Assembly (NCBI GenBank): GCA_030390025.1
Contig: CM059432.1
Location: forward strand, 1,922,001-1,986,000
Direction of reading: 5' to 3'
From: Squalus acanthias
Lineage: Eukaryota
DNA length: 64,000 nucleotides
The position numbers were made by a program, and so were the translations under genes. How positions within the stretch are numbered: the first letter of the stretch is position 1; every line of letters starts with the position of its first letter. This document shows positions 24,087 through 35,344 of this stretch, piece by piece. Below the pieces are notes generated by a model. It was given only the letters and a program-made list of their open reading frames with translations, made no database searches and was not told where the DNA came from.

Positions 24087-24667
24087 TTTCAAATAAAGCT
24101 GTTGGACTATAACCTGGTGTTGTGCGACTTCTTGTGCGACAAGTTGCTGTTGTTGTTTAATACTTATAAATCTTTTCCTAATATCCTGGGCAAAAGCCCA
24201 AAAGGGATGATGTTCAAATAAATGCCGATTTTGGAAAAAAATTGTCTATATTTTAAAAAGGACATTTCTGGTCACTGCAACATAAAGCATCATGGGTAAG
24301 AATCAGGTTTATTATTAGCTTTTAGTCCCTGTTTTGTTAAGATCAAAATATCCAATTTTATTCCTATACTTTAACACAGTTTATCTCTTCAAAGGAAGAG
24401 GCCTATAATGTTGCCAAAAAGAATAGTAAGCCTCAGGATTGGGAGGATTTTAGAATTCAGCAAAGGAGGACCAAGAAATTGGTAAAGAAAGGGAAAATAG
24501 AATGTGAGAGTAAACTAGCGAGAGACATAAAAACAGACTGAAAAAGCTTCTATAGGTATGTAAAAAGGAAAAGATTAGCGAAAGTAAATGTGGATTCCTT
24601 ACAGGCTGAGACAGGAGAAATTAAAGTGGGGAATAAGGAAATGGCTGGGAAATTAAACAAATACTTT

Positions 24668-25386
24668 GGGCTGGATTTTCAATGACCCGTGGAGTCGGGT
24701 TTGGAGGCGTGTGGGGGGTTAAAGTTGCAGATTCGGGGGTCCCGACCCCACACAATTTTGACAAAATCGGTCGCGGGGTTCCCGACTCCGTCCCGCCTCC
24801 AAGAGGTGGGAGAGGCCATTAAAGCCCTTAACAAGCCCTAAATTGGCTCTGTAATGCCATTTTGAAACGTTTTAGCTAGTTTAACCCTTTTCCGACGTGA
24901 AGTACGCCTGATGTGAAACACGCCAGTGAAACCTGGCAGGAGCACAAGTGGATAGCTGACTATCAGCTGCAGGTCCACTATTACAACGGAGATGTGATGA
25001 AGGTAGTAGTAGTATTAGGTCTGAAAGTCGCCTCTGATGCTGCTGCATTGAATGTCTTCAGAGACTGCCTGGGAGGACTTGGTTGCAAAAAAAATTCTCT
25101 CTCTCACTCTCACTCTGAGATGCTGCTCATTTTGCATCCAGGTCCTCTCACAGCAAAAGCCAGGCAATCTCTGAGACCAGGCAGTCTCTGACCTGCAATG
25201 ATGACATCATCAGAGGCGACTTTCAGACTGAAACCACTAATTGGTTCATGGGTTCCCACATGCTGGAACTCAATTGCCCAATTAAGTGAAAATTGCATCA
25301 ATCTCCCACATCCAATTGCAGGCGGGTGGATAACACAAAATGCGGATGACACAACCCCAACCCGCCCCAGTATCAAAATCCAGCCC
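24668..25386. mobile_element. Non-autonomous TIR element (Harbinger-like), 719 bp, inside CR1
   Basis: TIR gggctggatttt / aaaatccagccc; TSD ttt; removal restores CR1 aaatactttgtgtctgtcttcac. Confidence 0.85.
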
Positions 25387-26160
25387 TTTGTGTCTGTCTT
25401 CACGGAAGAAGATGCAAAAAACTTCCCGGAAATAGTGGAGAACCAAGGGTCCAGCGAGAATAAGGAACTGAAAGAAATTAGTATTAGTAAAAAAATAGTA
25501 CTGGAGAAATTAATGGGACTGAAAGACAATAAACCCCCTGGACCTGACAGCCTACAACATAGGGTTTTGAAAGAGGTGGCTATAGAGATAGTGGATGCAT
25601 TGGTTGTCATTTTCCAAAATTCCATAGATTCCTGTGGATTGGAAGGTAGTAAATGTAACCCCACTATTTAAGAGAGGGAGAGAGAGAAAATGGGGAACTA
25701 CAGACCAGTTAGCGTGACATCAGTAGTAGGGAAAATGCTAGAATCTATTATTAAGGACGTGGTAACAGGGCACTTAGAAAATAATAATAGGATTGGGCAG
25801 AGTCAACACGGATTTATGAAAGGGAAATCGTGTTTGACAAATCTGTTAGAGTTTTTTGAGGTTGTAACTAGCAGAATAGATAAGTGGGAACCAGTGGATG
25901 TGGTGTATTTGGATTTTCAGAAGGCATTCGATAAGGTGCCACACAAGAGGTTATTAAACAGAATTAGGGCTCATGGGATTGGGGGTAATATACTAGCATG
26001 GATTGAGGATTGGTTAACAGACAGAAAACAGAGAGTAGGAATAAACGGGTCATTTTTGAGTTAGCAGGCTGTAACTAGTGGGGTACCGCAAGGATCAGTG
26101 CTTGGGCCTCAGCTATTCACAATCTACATCAATGATTTGGATGAGGGGACCAAATGTAAT

Positions 26161-26902
26161 GGCCCAAAAATTCGTGAGGGAGCCTTCGTGCGAGGGTAAG
26201 GCTTCCCCGCGATCTCTCACTGCGCACTGGCTTTTTCAGTCCGAGCTCGCACGAACTTGATGTTCTGGACAGCTGCTGTGCTGGGCTTGCGTATCCCACA
26301 GGCGCAGTTAATTCGTGCGAGCTGTGGGATCACGTGACTCAGTTAGAGCCAATGGCAGCACACCATCTTTCATTCATAGCTTTCACATAAGTGCTGAGAA
26401 AGCTATGAATCTATACCCCCCAAAAGAACAGCTAAACCTCAATTAATTTTTTTTAAAAACCCATCACATTAATAAAATAAGTATAGTTAAATAAATTAAC
26501 CATTTTAAACAAAAAATTAAATTTTTGAAAAAATTTAAAATCTTTTAAAAAGTTATAAAAATAAACTTACCTGTCTTTAAAGTCTCTAAAAAAGATATAC
26601 CTGTTAAAAAAAATTCAAAATAATACTTAATTAACTACTTACCTTGTTAAAAGAGGGTCTTACGCCTCCTTTCTTTATGTCTAAAATGTTCCATGCTTAC
26701 CTGCGCGTTCAAAGCACTAAGTGCACTGCGTGCGCGCAGCCTGTAGCGCGCACGCGGTTCACCTAGGAACCGCCCCCTTTTGAATTCACCAAGTGCCGGT
26801 TTTCAGCGCATGCGCAGTGCATGCAGAAAACCGGCAAGTGGAGACAGAATACGCGAGAGTACACAGTGCGTACTCTCGCGTAGCGGCACTAATTTTTGGG
26901 CC
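26161..26902. mobile_element. Non-autonomous TIR element (Harbinger-like), 742 bp, inside CR1 RT
   Basis: TIR ggcccaaaaatt / aatttttgggcc; flanks aat/att; removal restores tgtaat-atatccaagtttgctgatg. Confidence 0.85.
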
Positions 26903-27014
26903 ATTATATCCAAGTTTGCTGATGATACAAAGCTGGGTTGGAATGTAAGTTGTGAGGAGGATGTAAGGAGGCTTCAAGGGGATATAGACAGGCTAAGTGA
27001 GTGGGCAAGAACAT

Positions 27015-28663
27015 GTATACCAGACTGTTAAGAGAAGTAAGAGAGGAAATAGCAGAGGCTCTGACCATCATTTTCCAATCCTCTCTGGCTACAGGTGTGG
27101 TCAAAATTGAGAGGTCGCACAACACCAGGTTATAGTCCAACAGTTTTATTTGAAATCACAAGCTTTCGGAGCTATCGATCGCCCCTTCCTCAGGTGTGGT
27201 GCCAGAGGACTGGAGAACTGCTAACGTGGTACCGTTGTTTAAAAAGGGAGACAGGGATAGACCGAGTAATTACAGGCCAGTAGTAACCAAACCTCGGTGG
27301 TGGGAAAATTATTGGAAAAAATTCTGAGGGACAGGATAAATCTTCATTTAGAAAGACGTGGATTAATCAGGAACAGTCAGCATGGATTTGTTAAGCGAAG
27401 GTCGTGTCTGACTAACTTGATTGAATTTTTAAGGAGGTAACAAGGAGGGTCGATGAGGGTAGTGCGTTAGATGTAGTCTATATGGATTTTAGCAAGGCTT
27501 TTGATAAGGTCCCGCATGGCAGACTGGTCATGAAAGTAAAAGCCCATGGGATCCAAGGAAAAGTAGCAAGTTGGATCCGAAATTGGCTCAGAGGCAGGAA
27601 ACGAAGGGTATTGGTTGAAGGGTGTTTTTGTGACTGGAAGGCTGTTTCCAGTGGGGTTCCGCAGGGCTCAGTACTGGGTCCTTTGCTTTTTGTGGTATAT
27701 ATCAATGATTTGGACTTGAACATAGGAAGTATGATTAAGAAGTTTGCAGATGATATAAAAATTGGCCGTGTGGTTGATAATGAAGAAGAAAGCTGTGGAC
27801 TGCAGGAAGATATCAATAAATTAGTCAGGTGGGCAGAACAGTGGCAAATGGAATTCAATCCGGAGAAGTGTGAGGTAATGTATTTGGGGAGGGCTAACAA
27901 GGAAAGGGAATACACAATAAATGGGAGAACACTGAGAAGTGCAGAGGATCAGAGAGACCTTGGTGTGCATGTCCACAGATCCCTGAAGGTAGCAGGACAG
28001 GTAGATAAGGTGGTTAAGAAGGCATACGGGATACTTGCCTTTATTAGCCGAGGCATAGAATATAAGAGCAGGGAGGTTATGCTTGAACTGTATAAAACAC
28101 TAGTTAGGCAGCAGCTAGAATACTGCATGCAGTTCTGGTCACCACATTACAGGAAGGATGTGATTGCACTAGAGAGGGTACAGAGGAGATTTACGAGGAT
28201 GTTGCCTGGGCTGGGGAATTTTAGCTATGAGGAAAGATTGCATAGGCTGGGGTTGTTTTCTTTGGAACAGAGGAGACTGAGGGGAGAACGTATTGAGGTG
28301 TATAAAATTATGAGGGGCCGAGATAGAGTGGATAGGAAGGACCTGTTTCCCTTAGCAGAGAGGTCAATAACCAGGGGGCATAGATTTAAAGTAATTGGTG
28401 GAAGGTTTAGAGGGGATTTGAGGAGAATTTTTTTCACCCAGAGGGTGGTGGGGATCTGGAACTCACTGCCTGAAAGGGTGGTAGAGGCAGAAACCCTCAT
28501 CACATTTAAAAAGTACTTGGATGTGCACTTGAAGTGTCGTAGCCTACAGGGCCATGGACCAAGAGCTGGAAAGTGGGATTAGGCTGGAGAGCTCTTTGTT
28601 GGCCAGCACAGACACGATGGGCCGAATGGCCTCCTTCTGTGCCGTAAACTTCTATGATTCTAA
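27015..28663 (+). mobile_element. CR1 LINE of a second subfamily inserted in the first; 366-aa open RT/C-terminal frame
   Basis: ORF 27482-28582 [31 protein letters not shown]; tail ttctatgattcta. Confidence 0.93.
27102..27196 (-). ncRNA. Solo ~95-bp hammerhead-bearing insertion (variant of the 1257/23778 family)
   Basis: Minus strand CAC-CUGAGGA-A-GGGGC-gaucgaua-GCUCC-GAAA-GC-UU-GUG; caggtgtggt duplicated at 27092-27101 and 27191-27200. Confidence 0.75.
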
Positions 28664-29499
28664 GGCAAATGGAATATAATGTGGAGAAAGGTGAAGTTAT
28701 CCACTTTGGTAGGAAAAATAGAAAAGCAGAGTATTTTTTAAATGGTGAGAGATTGGGAAATGTTGATGTTCAGAGGGACCTGGGTGTCCTTGTACACGAA
28801 TCACTGAAAGTTAACATGCAGGTACAGCAAGCAATTAGGAAAGCAAATGGTATGTTGGCCTTTAATACAAGAGGATTTGAGTATAAGAGTGAAGATGTCT
28901 TACTGCAATTGTATAGGGCCCTGGTGAGACCACACCTGAAGTATTGTGTACAGTTTTGGTCTCCTTACCTAAGGAAGGATATACTTGCCATAGAGGGAGT
29001 GCAACAAAGGTTCACCAGACTGGTTCCTGGGATGGGGGGAATTGTCCTATGAGGAGAGATTGAGTAGACTAGGCCTATATTCTCTAGAGTTTAGAAGAAT
29101 GAGAGGTGATCTCATTGAAACATACAAAATTCTTACAGGGCTTGACAGGGTAGATGCAGGGAGGATGTTTCCCCTGGCTGGGGAGTCTAGAACCAGGGGT
29201 CACAGTCTCAGAATAAGGGGTCGGCCATTTAGGACTGAGATGAGGAGAAATTTCTTCACTCAGAGCGTGGTGAATCTTTGGAATTCTCTGCCCCAGAGGG
29301 CTGTGGAGGCTCAGTCGTTGAGTATATTCAAGACAAAGATCGATAGATTTTTGGATATTAAGGGAATCAAGGGATATGGAGATCGGGCGGGAAAGTGGAG
29401 ATGAGGTAGAAGATCAGCCATGATCTTATTGAATGGCGGAGCAGGCTCGAGGGGCCGAATGGCCTACTCCTGCTCCTATTTCTTATGTTCTTATTCAGA

Positions 29500-29830
29500 A
29501 TCTCACAGCACAAAAGGAGGCCATTCGGCCCATCGTGCCTGTGCCGGCTCTTTGAAAGAGCTCTCCCATTAGTCCCACTCCGCCCTGCTCTTTCCCCATA
29601 GCTCTGCAAAAATATCCTTTTCAAGTATTTAACCGATTCCCTTTTGAAAGTTACTATTGAATCTGCTTCCACCGCCCTTTCAGGCAGCGCATTCCAGATC
29701 ACAACAACTCACTGCGTAAAACAATTCTCCTCATTCCCCACCTCTCGTTCTTTTGCCAATTACCTTAAGTCTGTGTCCTCTGGTTACCGACTATCCCGCC
29801 AGTGGAAATGGTTTCTCCCTATTGACTCTA
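29500..29830 (-). mobile_element. CR1 LINE 3' fragment
   Basis: IWNALPERAVEADSIVTFKRE. Confidence 0.85.
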
Positions 29831-29984
29831 TCAATTTCTAATTTCTGCTTAATTGGAGTGTTGGAGGGAAAGCTGAAACATACCAGAGTTGCACTGAGGA
29901 GAAGAGGCTGCTCAAAGCAGCAGTTTGCCCCGGGCGAATTTCTCCCTCTCCCCCATTAAGAAAGTAGAAAATAGAATAAACATT

Positions 29985-30440
29985 TATCTCAAGAAGCTCG
30001 ACACCATCTGGGACAAAGCAGCCCGCTTGATTGGCAGCCCATCCATCACCTTAAACATCCAGTCCCTCCACCACTGGCGCACCGTGGCTGCAGTGTGTAC
30101 CATCTACAAGATGCACTGCAGCAACTCGCCAAGGCTTCTTCGGCAGCACCTCCCAAACCCACGACCTCTTCCACTTAGAAGAACAAGGGCAGCAGGCGCA
30201 TGGGAACACCACCACCTCCAAGTTCCCCTCCAAGTCACACACCATCCTGACTTGGAAATATATCGACCGTTCCTTCATCGTTGCTGGGTCAAAATCCTGG
30301 AACTCCCTCCCTAACAGCACTGTGGGAGTACCTTCACCAAAGGGACTGCAGCGGTTCGAGAAGGCGGCTCACCACCACCTTCTCAAGGGGCAACTAGGGA
30401 TGGGCAATAAATGCCGGCCTTGCCAGCGACACCCACATAA
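29985..30440 (+). mobile_element. LINE-X 3' fragment
   Basis: LKKLDTIWDKAARLIG..SLHHWRTVAAVCTIYKMH. Confidence 0.8.
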
Positions 30441-30560
30441 CAAAAAACATGGTTCCCATTTGGAGATTTTGCTTCCAACACATTGGGACAGAATTTGCTG
30501 GGAGAGTCACGCCAAGATTAATGGCACTTGCCGCTAAATGTGTAAAGCATCCAGCAACTT

Positions 30561-30921
30561 AACATAGAAACATAGAATCTAGGAGCAGGAGTAGGCCATT
30601 CGGCCCGTCGAGCCTGCTCCACCATTCAATACGATCATGGCTGATCATCCAAATCCAGTACCCTGTCCCTGCTTTAATCCCCACAGTACACATATCCCAC
30701 CCTACCCCCGTAACCCCACATATTTAATTCCCCTTAACATATCCCATCCTATCCCCATAACCCCACATATTTAATCCCCCCCTAACACTAAGGGTCAATT
30801 TATCATAGCCAAATCAACCTAACCCGCACATTTTTGGACTGTGGGAGGAAACCGGAGCACCCGGAGGAAACCCACGCAGACACGGGGAGAATGTGCAAAC
30901 TCCACACAGACAGTCACCCTG
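30561..30921 (-). mobile_element. V-domain SINE (HE1-like) with CR1-derived tail; tRNA head missing
   Basis: Minus strand gtggagtttgcacattctccccgtgtctgcgtgggtttcctccgggtgctccggtttcctcccacagtccaaa matches the V-SINE core; CR1 hairpin and tail at 30561-30670. Confidence 0.85.
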
Positions 30922-32168
30922 AACATAAGAACATAAGAAATAGGAGCAGGAGTCGGCCATACGACCCCTCGAGCCTGCTCCGCCATTCAATAAGATCATG
31001 GCTGATCATCGACCTCAACTCTACTTTCCTGCACTATCCCCATATCCCTTGATTCCCCGAGAGTCCAAAAATCTATCGATCTCAGCCTTGAATATACTCA
31101 ACGACTGAGCATCCACAGCCCTCTGGGGTAGAGAATTCCAAAGATTCACAACACTCTGAGTGAAGAAATTCCTCCTCATCTCAGTCCTAAATGGCCGACC
31201 CCTTATCCTGAGACTATGCCCCCTGGTTCTAGACTCTCCAGCCAGGGGAAACAACCTCTCAGCATCTACCCTGTCAATCCCCCTCAGAATCTTGTATGTT
31301 TCACTGAGATCGCCTCTCATTCTTCAAAACTCCAGAGAGTATCGGCCCATTCTACACAATCTCTCATCATAGGACAGCCCTATCATACCAGGAATCATTC
31401 GAGTGAACCTTCGTTGCACCGCCTCCAAGGCAAGTACATCCTTCCTTCGATAAGGAGACCAAAACTGTGCACAGTACTCCAGGTGTGGTCTAACTAAAGC
31501 CCTGTACAATTGTAGTAAGACTTCCTTACTCTTGTACTCCAACCCCCTTGTAATAAAGGCCAACATGCCATTTGCCTTCCGAATTGCTTGCTGTACTTGA
31601 ATGCTAACTTTCTGTGATTCCTGTATGAATCATAGAGTCAGAGTCATAACGGCACAGAAGGAGGCCTTTGGCCCATCGAGTCCGTGCCGGCTCTCTGTAA
31701 AGCAATCCAGTCAGTCCCATTCCCCCGCTCTATCCCCGTAGCCCTGCAAGTTTATTTCCCTCAAGTGCCTATCCAGTCTCCCCTTGAAAACATCGAGTGT
31801 CTCCGCTTCCACCACTTCCGTCGGCAGCGAGTTCCAGGTCCTCACCACTCACTGCGTAAAAAAGGTTTCCCTCACATCCCCCCTGTATCTCTTGCCCAAA
31901 ACCTTAAATCTGTGTCCCCCAGTCCTTGTACCATCAACTAGTGGGAACAGCCTTCCCCCGTCTAGCCTATCCAAACCCGTCATAATCTTGTACACCTCTA
32001 TCAAATCACCCCTCAACCTCCTTTGCTCTAATGAAAACAAATCCAGCTTCTCCAACCTGTCCTTGTAGCTAAGATCCCCCATCCCCGGAACCATTCTGTT
32101 AAATCTCCTCTGCACCCTCTCAAGGGCCTTCACATCCTTCCTAAAGTGTGGTGACCAGAACTGGACAC
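30922..32168 (-). mobile_element. Two adjacent CR1 3' fragments (30922-31625; 31628-32168)
   Basis: ORFs 31021-31320, 31324-31566 and 31849-32133 (-). Confidence 0.9.
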
Positions 32169-32664
32169 CCTCTGAACACCAACATTTAATACTTTCTCTT
32201 AATAGTTAAATAGTTGCTGGAGCAGGAGTCAATGTAGGTCAGCGGGCACAGGGGTGATGGGTGAACGGGACTTGGTGCGAGTTAGGACACAGGGCAGCAG
32301 AGTTTTGGATGAGCTGAAGTTTACGGAGGGTGCAAGATGGGAGGCCGGCTGGGGGAGCACTGGACTGGTCTAAGATCGAATTCTCTTCCCTCTTCCTTTC
32401 ACGCACTACAATTAAAACTTTCCTAAACACTTCCTGTACCAACACCAAACTCTACTCAGCTGCTGCCAGTGGGCACGGGCTGTCAGCATCAACCCTGAGC
32501 TCAGTCTGTTGTGTTCATCAATTCATTTTCTTCCCTCCAAAGTGTAAACATACCATCTTCCTTGAAGGCTGCAATCCACTTAAGACAAGAGGCCAGTCCT
32601 TACATGAAGAAAGAAAGGAAGAAAGGGTGAAAGACAGAAAGAAAGAAAGAATGGAAGGAAGGAA

Positions 32665-34086
32665 ATACTTGCATTTTTACAGCATCTTTCACGACCTCAG
32701 GATGTCCCAAAGCACTTTACAGCCAATGAAGTACTTTTGAAGTGTAGTCACTGTTGTAATGTGGGAAACGCGGCAGGCAATTTGTGCACAGCAAGCTCCC
32801 ACAAACAGTAATGTGATGATGACCAGATCATCTGTTTTTTTAGTGATGTTGATAGAGAGATAAATATTGACCAGGACAGCGGGGAGAACTCCCCTGCTCT
32901 TCTTCAAAATAGTGCCATGGGATCTTTTACATCCACCTGACGGAGCAGACGGGGCCTCGGTTTAATGTCTCATCTGAAAGACGGCACCTCCGACAGTGCA
33001 GCACTCCCTCAGTACTGCCCCTCCGACACTGCAGCGCTCCCTCAGTACTGCCCCTCCGACAGTGCAGCACTCCCTCAGTACTGCCCCTCCGACAGTGCAG
33101 CACTCCCTCAGTACTGCCCCTCCGACAGTGCAGCACTCCCTCAGTACTGACCCTCCGACAGTGCGGCGCTCCCTCAGTACTGACCCTCCGACAGTGCAGC
33201 ACTCCCTCAGTACTGCCCCTCCGACAGTGCGGCGCTCCCTCAGTACTGACCCTCCGACAGTGCAGCACTCCCTCAGTACTGACCCTCCGACAATGCAGCA
33301 CTCCCTCAGTACTGACCCTCAACAGTGCAGCGCTCCCTCAGTTCTGCCCCTCTGACAGTGCAGCACTCCCTCAGTACTGCCCCTCCGACAGTGCAGCACT
33401 CCCTCAGTACTGACCCTCCGACAGTGCAGCTCTCCCTCAGTACTGCCACGACAGTGAAGCGCTACCTCAGTACTGACCCTCCAACAGTGCAGCGCTCCCT
33501 CAGTACTGACCCTCCGACAGTGCGGCACTCCCTCAGTACTGCCCCTCCGACAGTGCAGCGATCCCTCAGTACTGCCCCTCCGACAGTGCGGCGATCCCTC
33601 AGTACTGCCCTTCCGACAGCACGGCGATCCCTCAGTACTGCCCCTCCGACAGTGCGGCGCTCCCTCAGTACTGCCCCTCCGACACTGCGGCACTCCCTCA
33701 GTACTGACCCTCCGACAGTGCGGCGCTCCCTCAGTACTGCCCCCTCTGACAATGCAGCGCTCCCTCAGTACTGCCCCACCGACAGTGCAGCACTCCCTCA
33801 GTACTGCCCCTCCGACAGTGCGGCGCCCCCTCAGTACTGCCCCTCCGACAGTGCGTCGCTCCCTCAGTACCGCCCCTCCGACAGTGCAGCGCCCCCTCAG
33901 TACTGCCCCTCCGACAGTGCAGCGCCCCCTCAGTACTGCCCCTCCGACAGTGCGACGCTCCCTCAGTACCGCCCCTCCGACAGTGCAGCGCTCCCTCAGT
34001 ACTGCCCCTCTGACAGTGCGGCGCTCCCTCAGTACTGCCTCTCCGACAGTGCAGCGCTGCCTCAGTACCGCACTGGAGTGTCAGCC
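32665..34086 (-). mobile_element. Deu-SINE carrying an internal 33-bp array (~33 units); tRNA head absent
   Basis: Tail and Deu core 32665-32985; array ~32985-34070; ends gcactggagtgtcagcc. Confidence 0.9.
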
Positions 34087-34547
34087 ATGGAATAGACAAA
34101 GATCCTTTGGGCCACTGAGAAAGTGCTTTTACATGGTGGCTGTTTAGCACAGTGGAAGGGACATTGTTAAAACGGACTCCCTCGTCCCATGATAACGGAA
34201 TCTATTATGATGATCTTTGCGGGCTATGGGGAGTTGGTGCTTGGGCGTCACCTCTCACTATCCGAACTAAACAAGCATCAAGCGCCTTAAAAGTTCATGT
34301 CGTTTTCACTTATCATTGATGCAAATGCAACTTAATTAATCTCACGAGAGATGTTAATAGTCAAAGGTACAACTTCCAGCAAGCCTCAATCCCCCAAATA
34401 TTCAAGTGTGAACTCTAGAATATTAATTTAGCATTACAGGCTACATTTAAAAAAATTTTTTTATCGGCACCTGGTTGTCACTGGCAAGGCGACTTTTATT
34501 GGCCATCCCGAGTTGCCCTGAGAAAGTGGTGACGTGGCCTTTTCATT

Positions 34548-35020
34548 GTCAGCCGTGGCTCAGTGTGTAGCACCTTTGTTTCTGAGTCAGAAGGTTGTGG
34601 GTTCAAGTCCCACTCCAGAGACTTGAGCACATAAATCTAGGCTGACACTCCAGTGCGGTGCTGAGGGAGTGCTGCACTGTCGGAGGTGCCGTCTTTTGGA
34701 TGAGACGTTAAACCGAGGCCCCGTCTGCTCTCTCAGGTGGACGTAAAAGATCCCATGGCACTATTTCGAAGAAGAGCTGGGGAGTTCTCCCCGGTGTCCT
34801 GGCCAATATTTATCCCTCAAACAACATCACCAAAAAAGAACAGATTATCTGGACATTATCACATTGCTGTTTGTGGGAGCTTGCTGTGTACAAATTGGCT
34901 GCTGCGTTTCCTACATTACAACAGCGACTACACTTCAAAAAAGTACTTCATTGGCTGTTGAGCATTTTGGGACGTCCGGTGGTCGTGAAAGGCGCTATAG
35001 AAATGCAAGTCTTTCTTTCT
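34548..35020 (+). mobile_element. Full-length Deu-SINE inserted in an old LINE-X remnant (~34470-35345)
   Basis: A box tggctcagtgtg, B box ggttcaagtcc, Deu core, tail ctttctttct. Confidence 0.92.
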
Positions 35021-35344
35021 AACTGTCACACTCCTCGTGCTGATGATGTTCCCCTAATGGTGTTTTTGTAGGGAGTATTCCAGGCTATTGATCCAGCGAT
35101 GATGAAGGAACGATTGATTATACGGCCAAGTCCGGGTGGTGTGTGACTTGGGGGGGATGGAGTGCCCACAACATTGCTGTTCTTATCCATCTCGGTGGTT
35201 GAGGTTACTGCAGATCACACCTCCTGCAGCCACTGTGCACTGATAGTGAAGAGGGCAGATACTGAGTGCAGTCACAGGGGCCACGAAAAAGAGAACTCTT
35301 CTGTCCTGGATGGTTGTTGTTGCAGCTGCACCCATCCCAGTGAG

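Larger units (their letters stand above)
23778..24137. mobile_element. ORF-less palindromic cassette with two opposed hammerhead motifs
   Basis: Perfect 84-bp inverted repeat 23840-23923 / 24014-24097, 90-bp spacer; arms extend to 23821 / 24131 with one deletion; identical to the 1257 element over shared sequence. Confidence 0.85.
23210..24157 (+). mobile_element. L2 LINE 3' end whose tail is interrupted by the ribozyme cassette
   Basis: LADLHWLPVKQCLDFKILILVFKSLHGLAPPYL..GRAFCCLGPKLWNSLP; tail ataaataca|...|agttgctgttgttg. Confidence 0.9.
24400..29495 (+). mobile_element. Long CR1 ORF2 remnant (linker + RT + C-terminus + tail), interrupted by two MITEs and another CR1
   Basis: [77 protein letters not shown]; tail ttcttatgttctt. 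Confidence 0.92.

Noticed and set aside
27482..28582. 366-aa ORF as a host gene or active LINE
   Set aside because: Partial CR1 ORF2 lacking the endonuclease and RT N-terminus; upstream part disrupted.
34548..34620. tRNA gene
   Set aside because: A/B boxes belong to the SINE head and continue into the Deu domain; many diverged copies.
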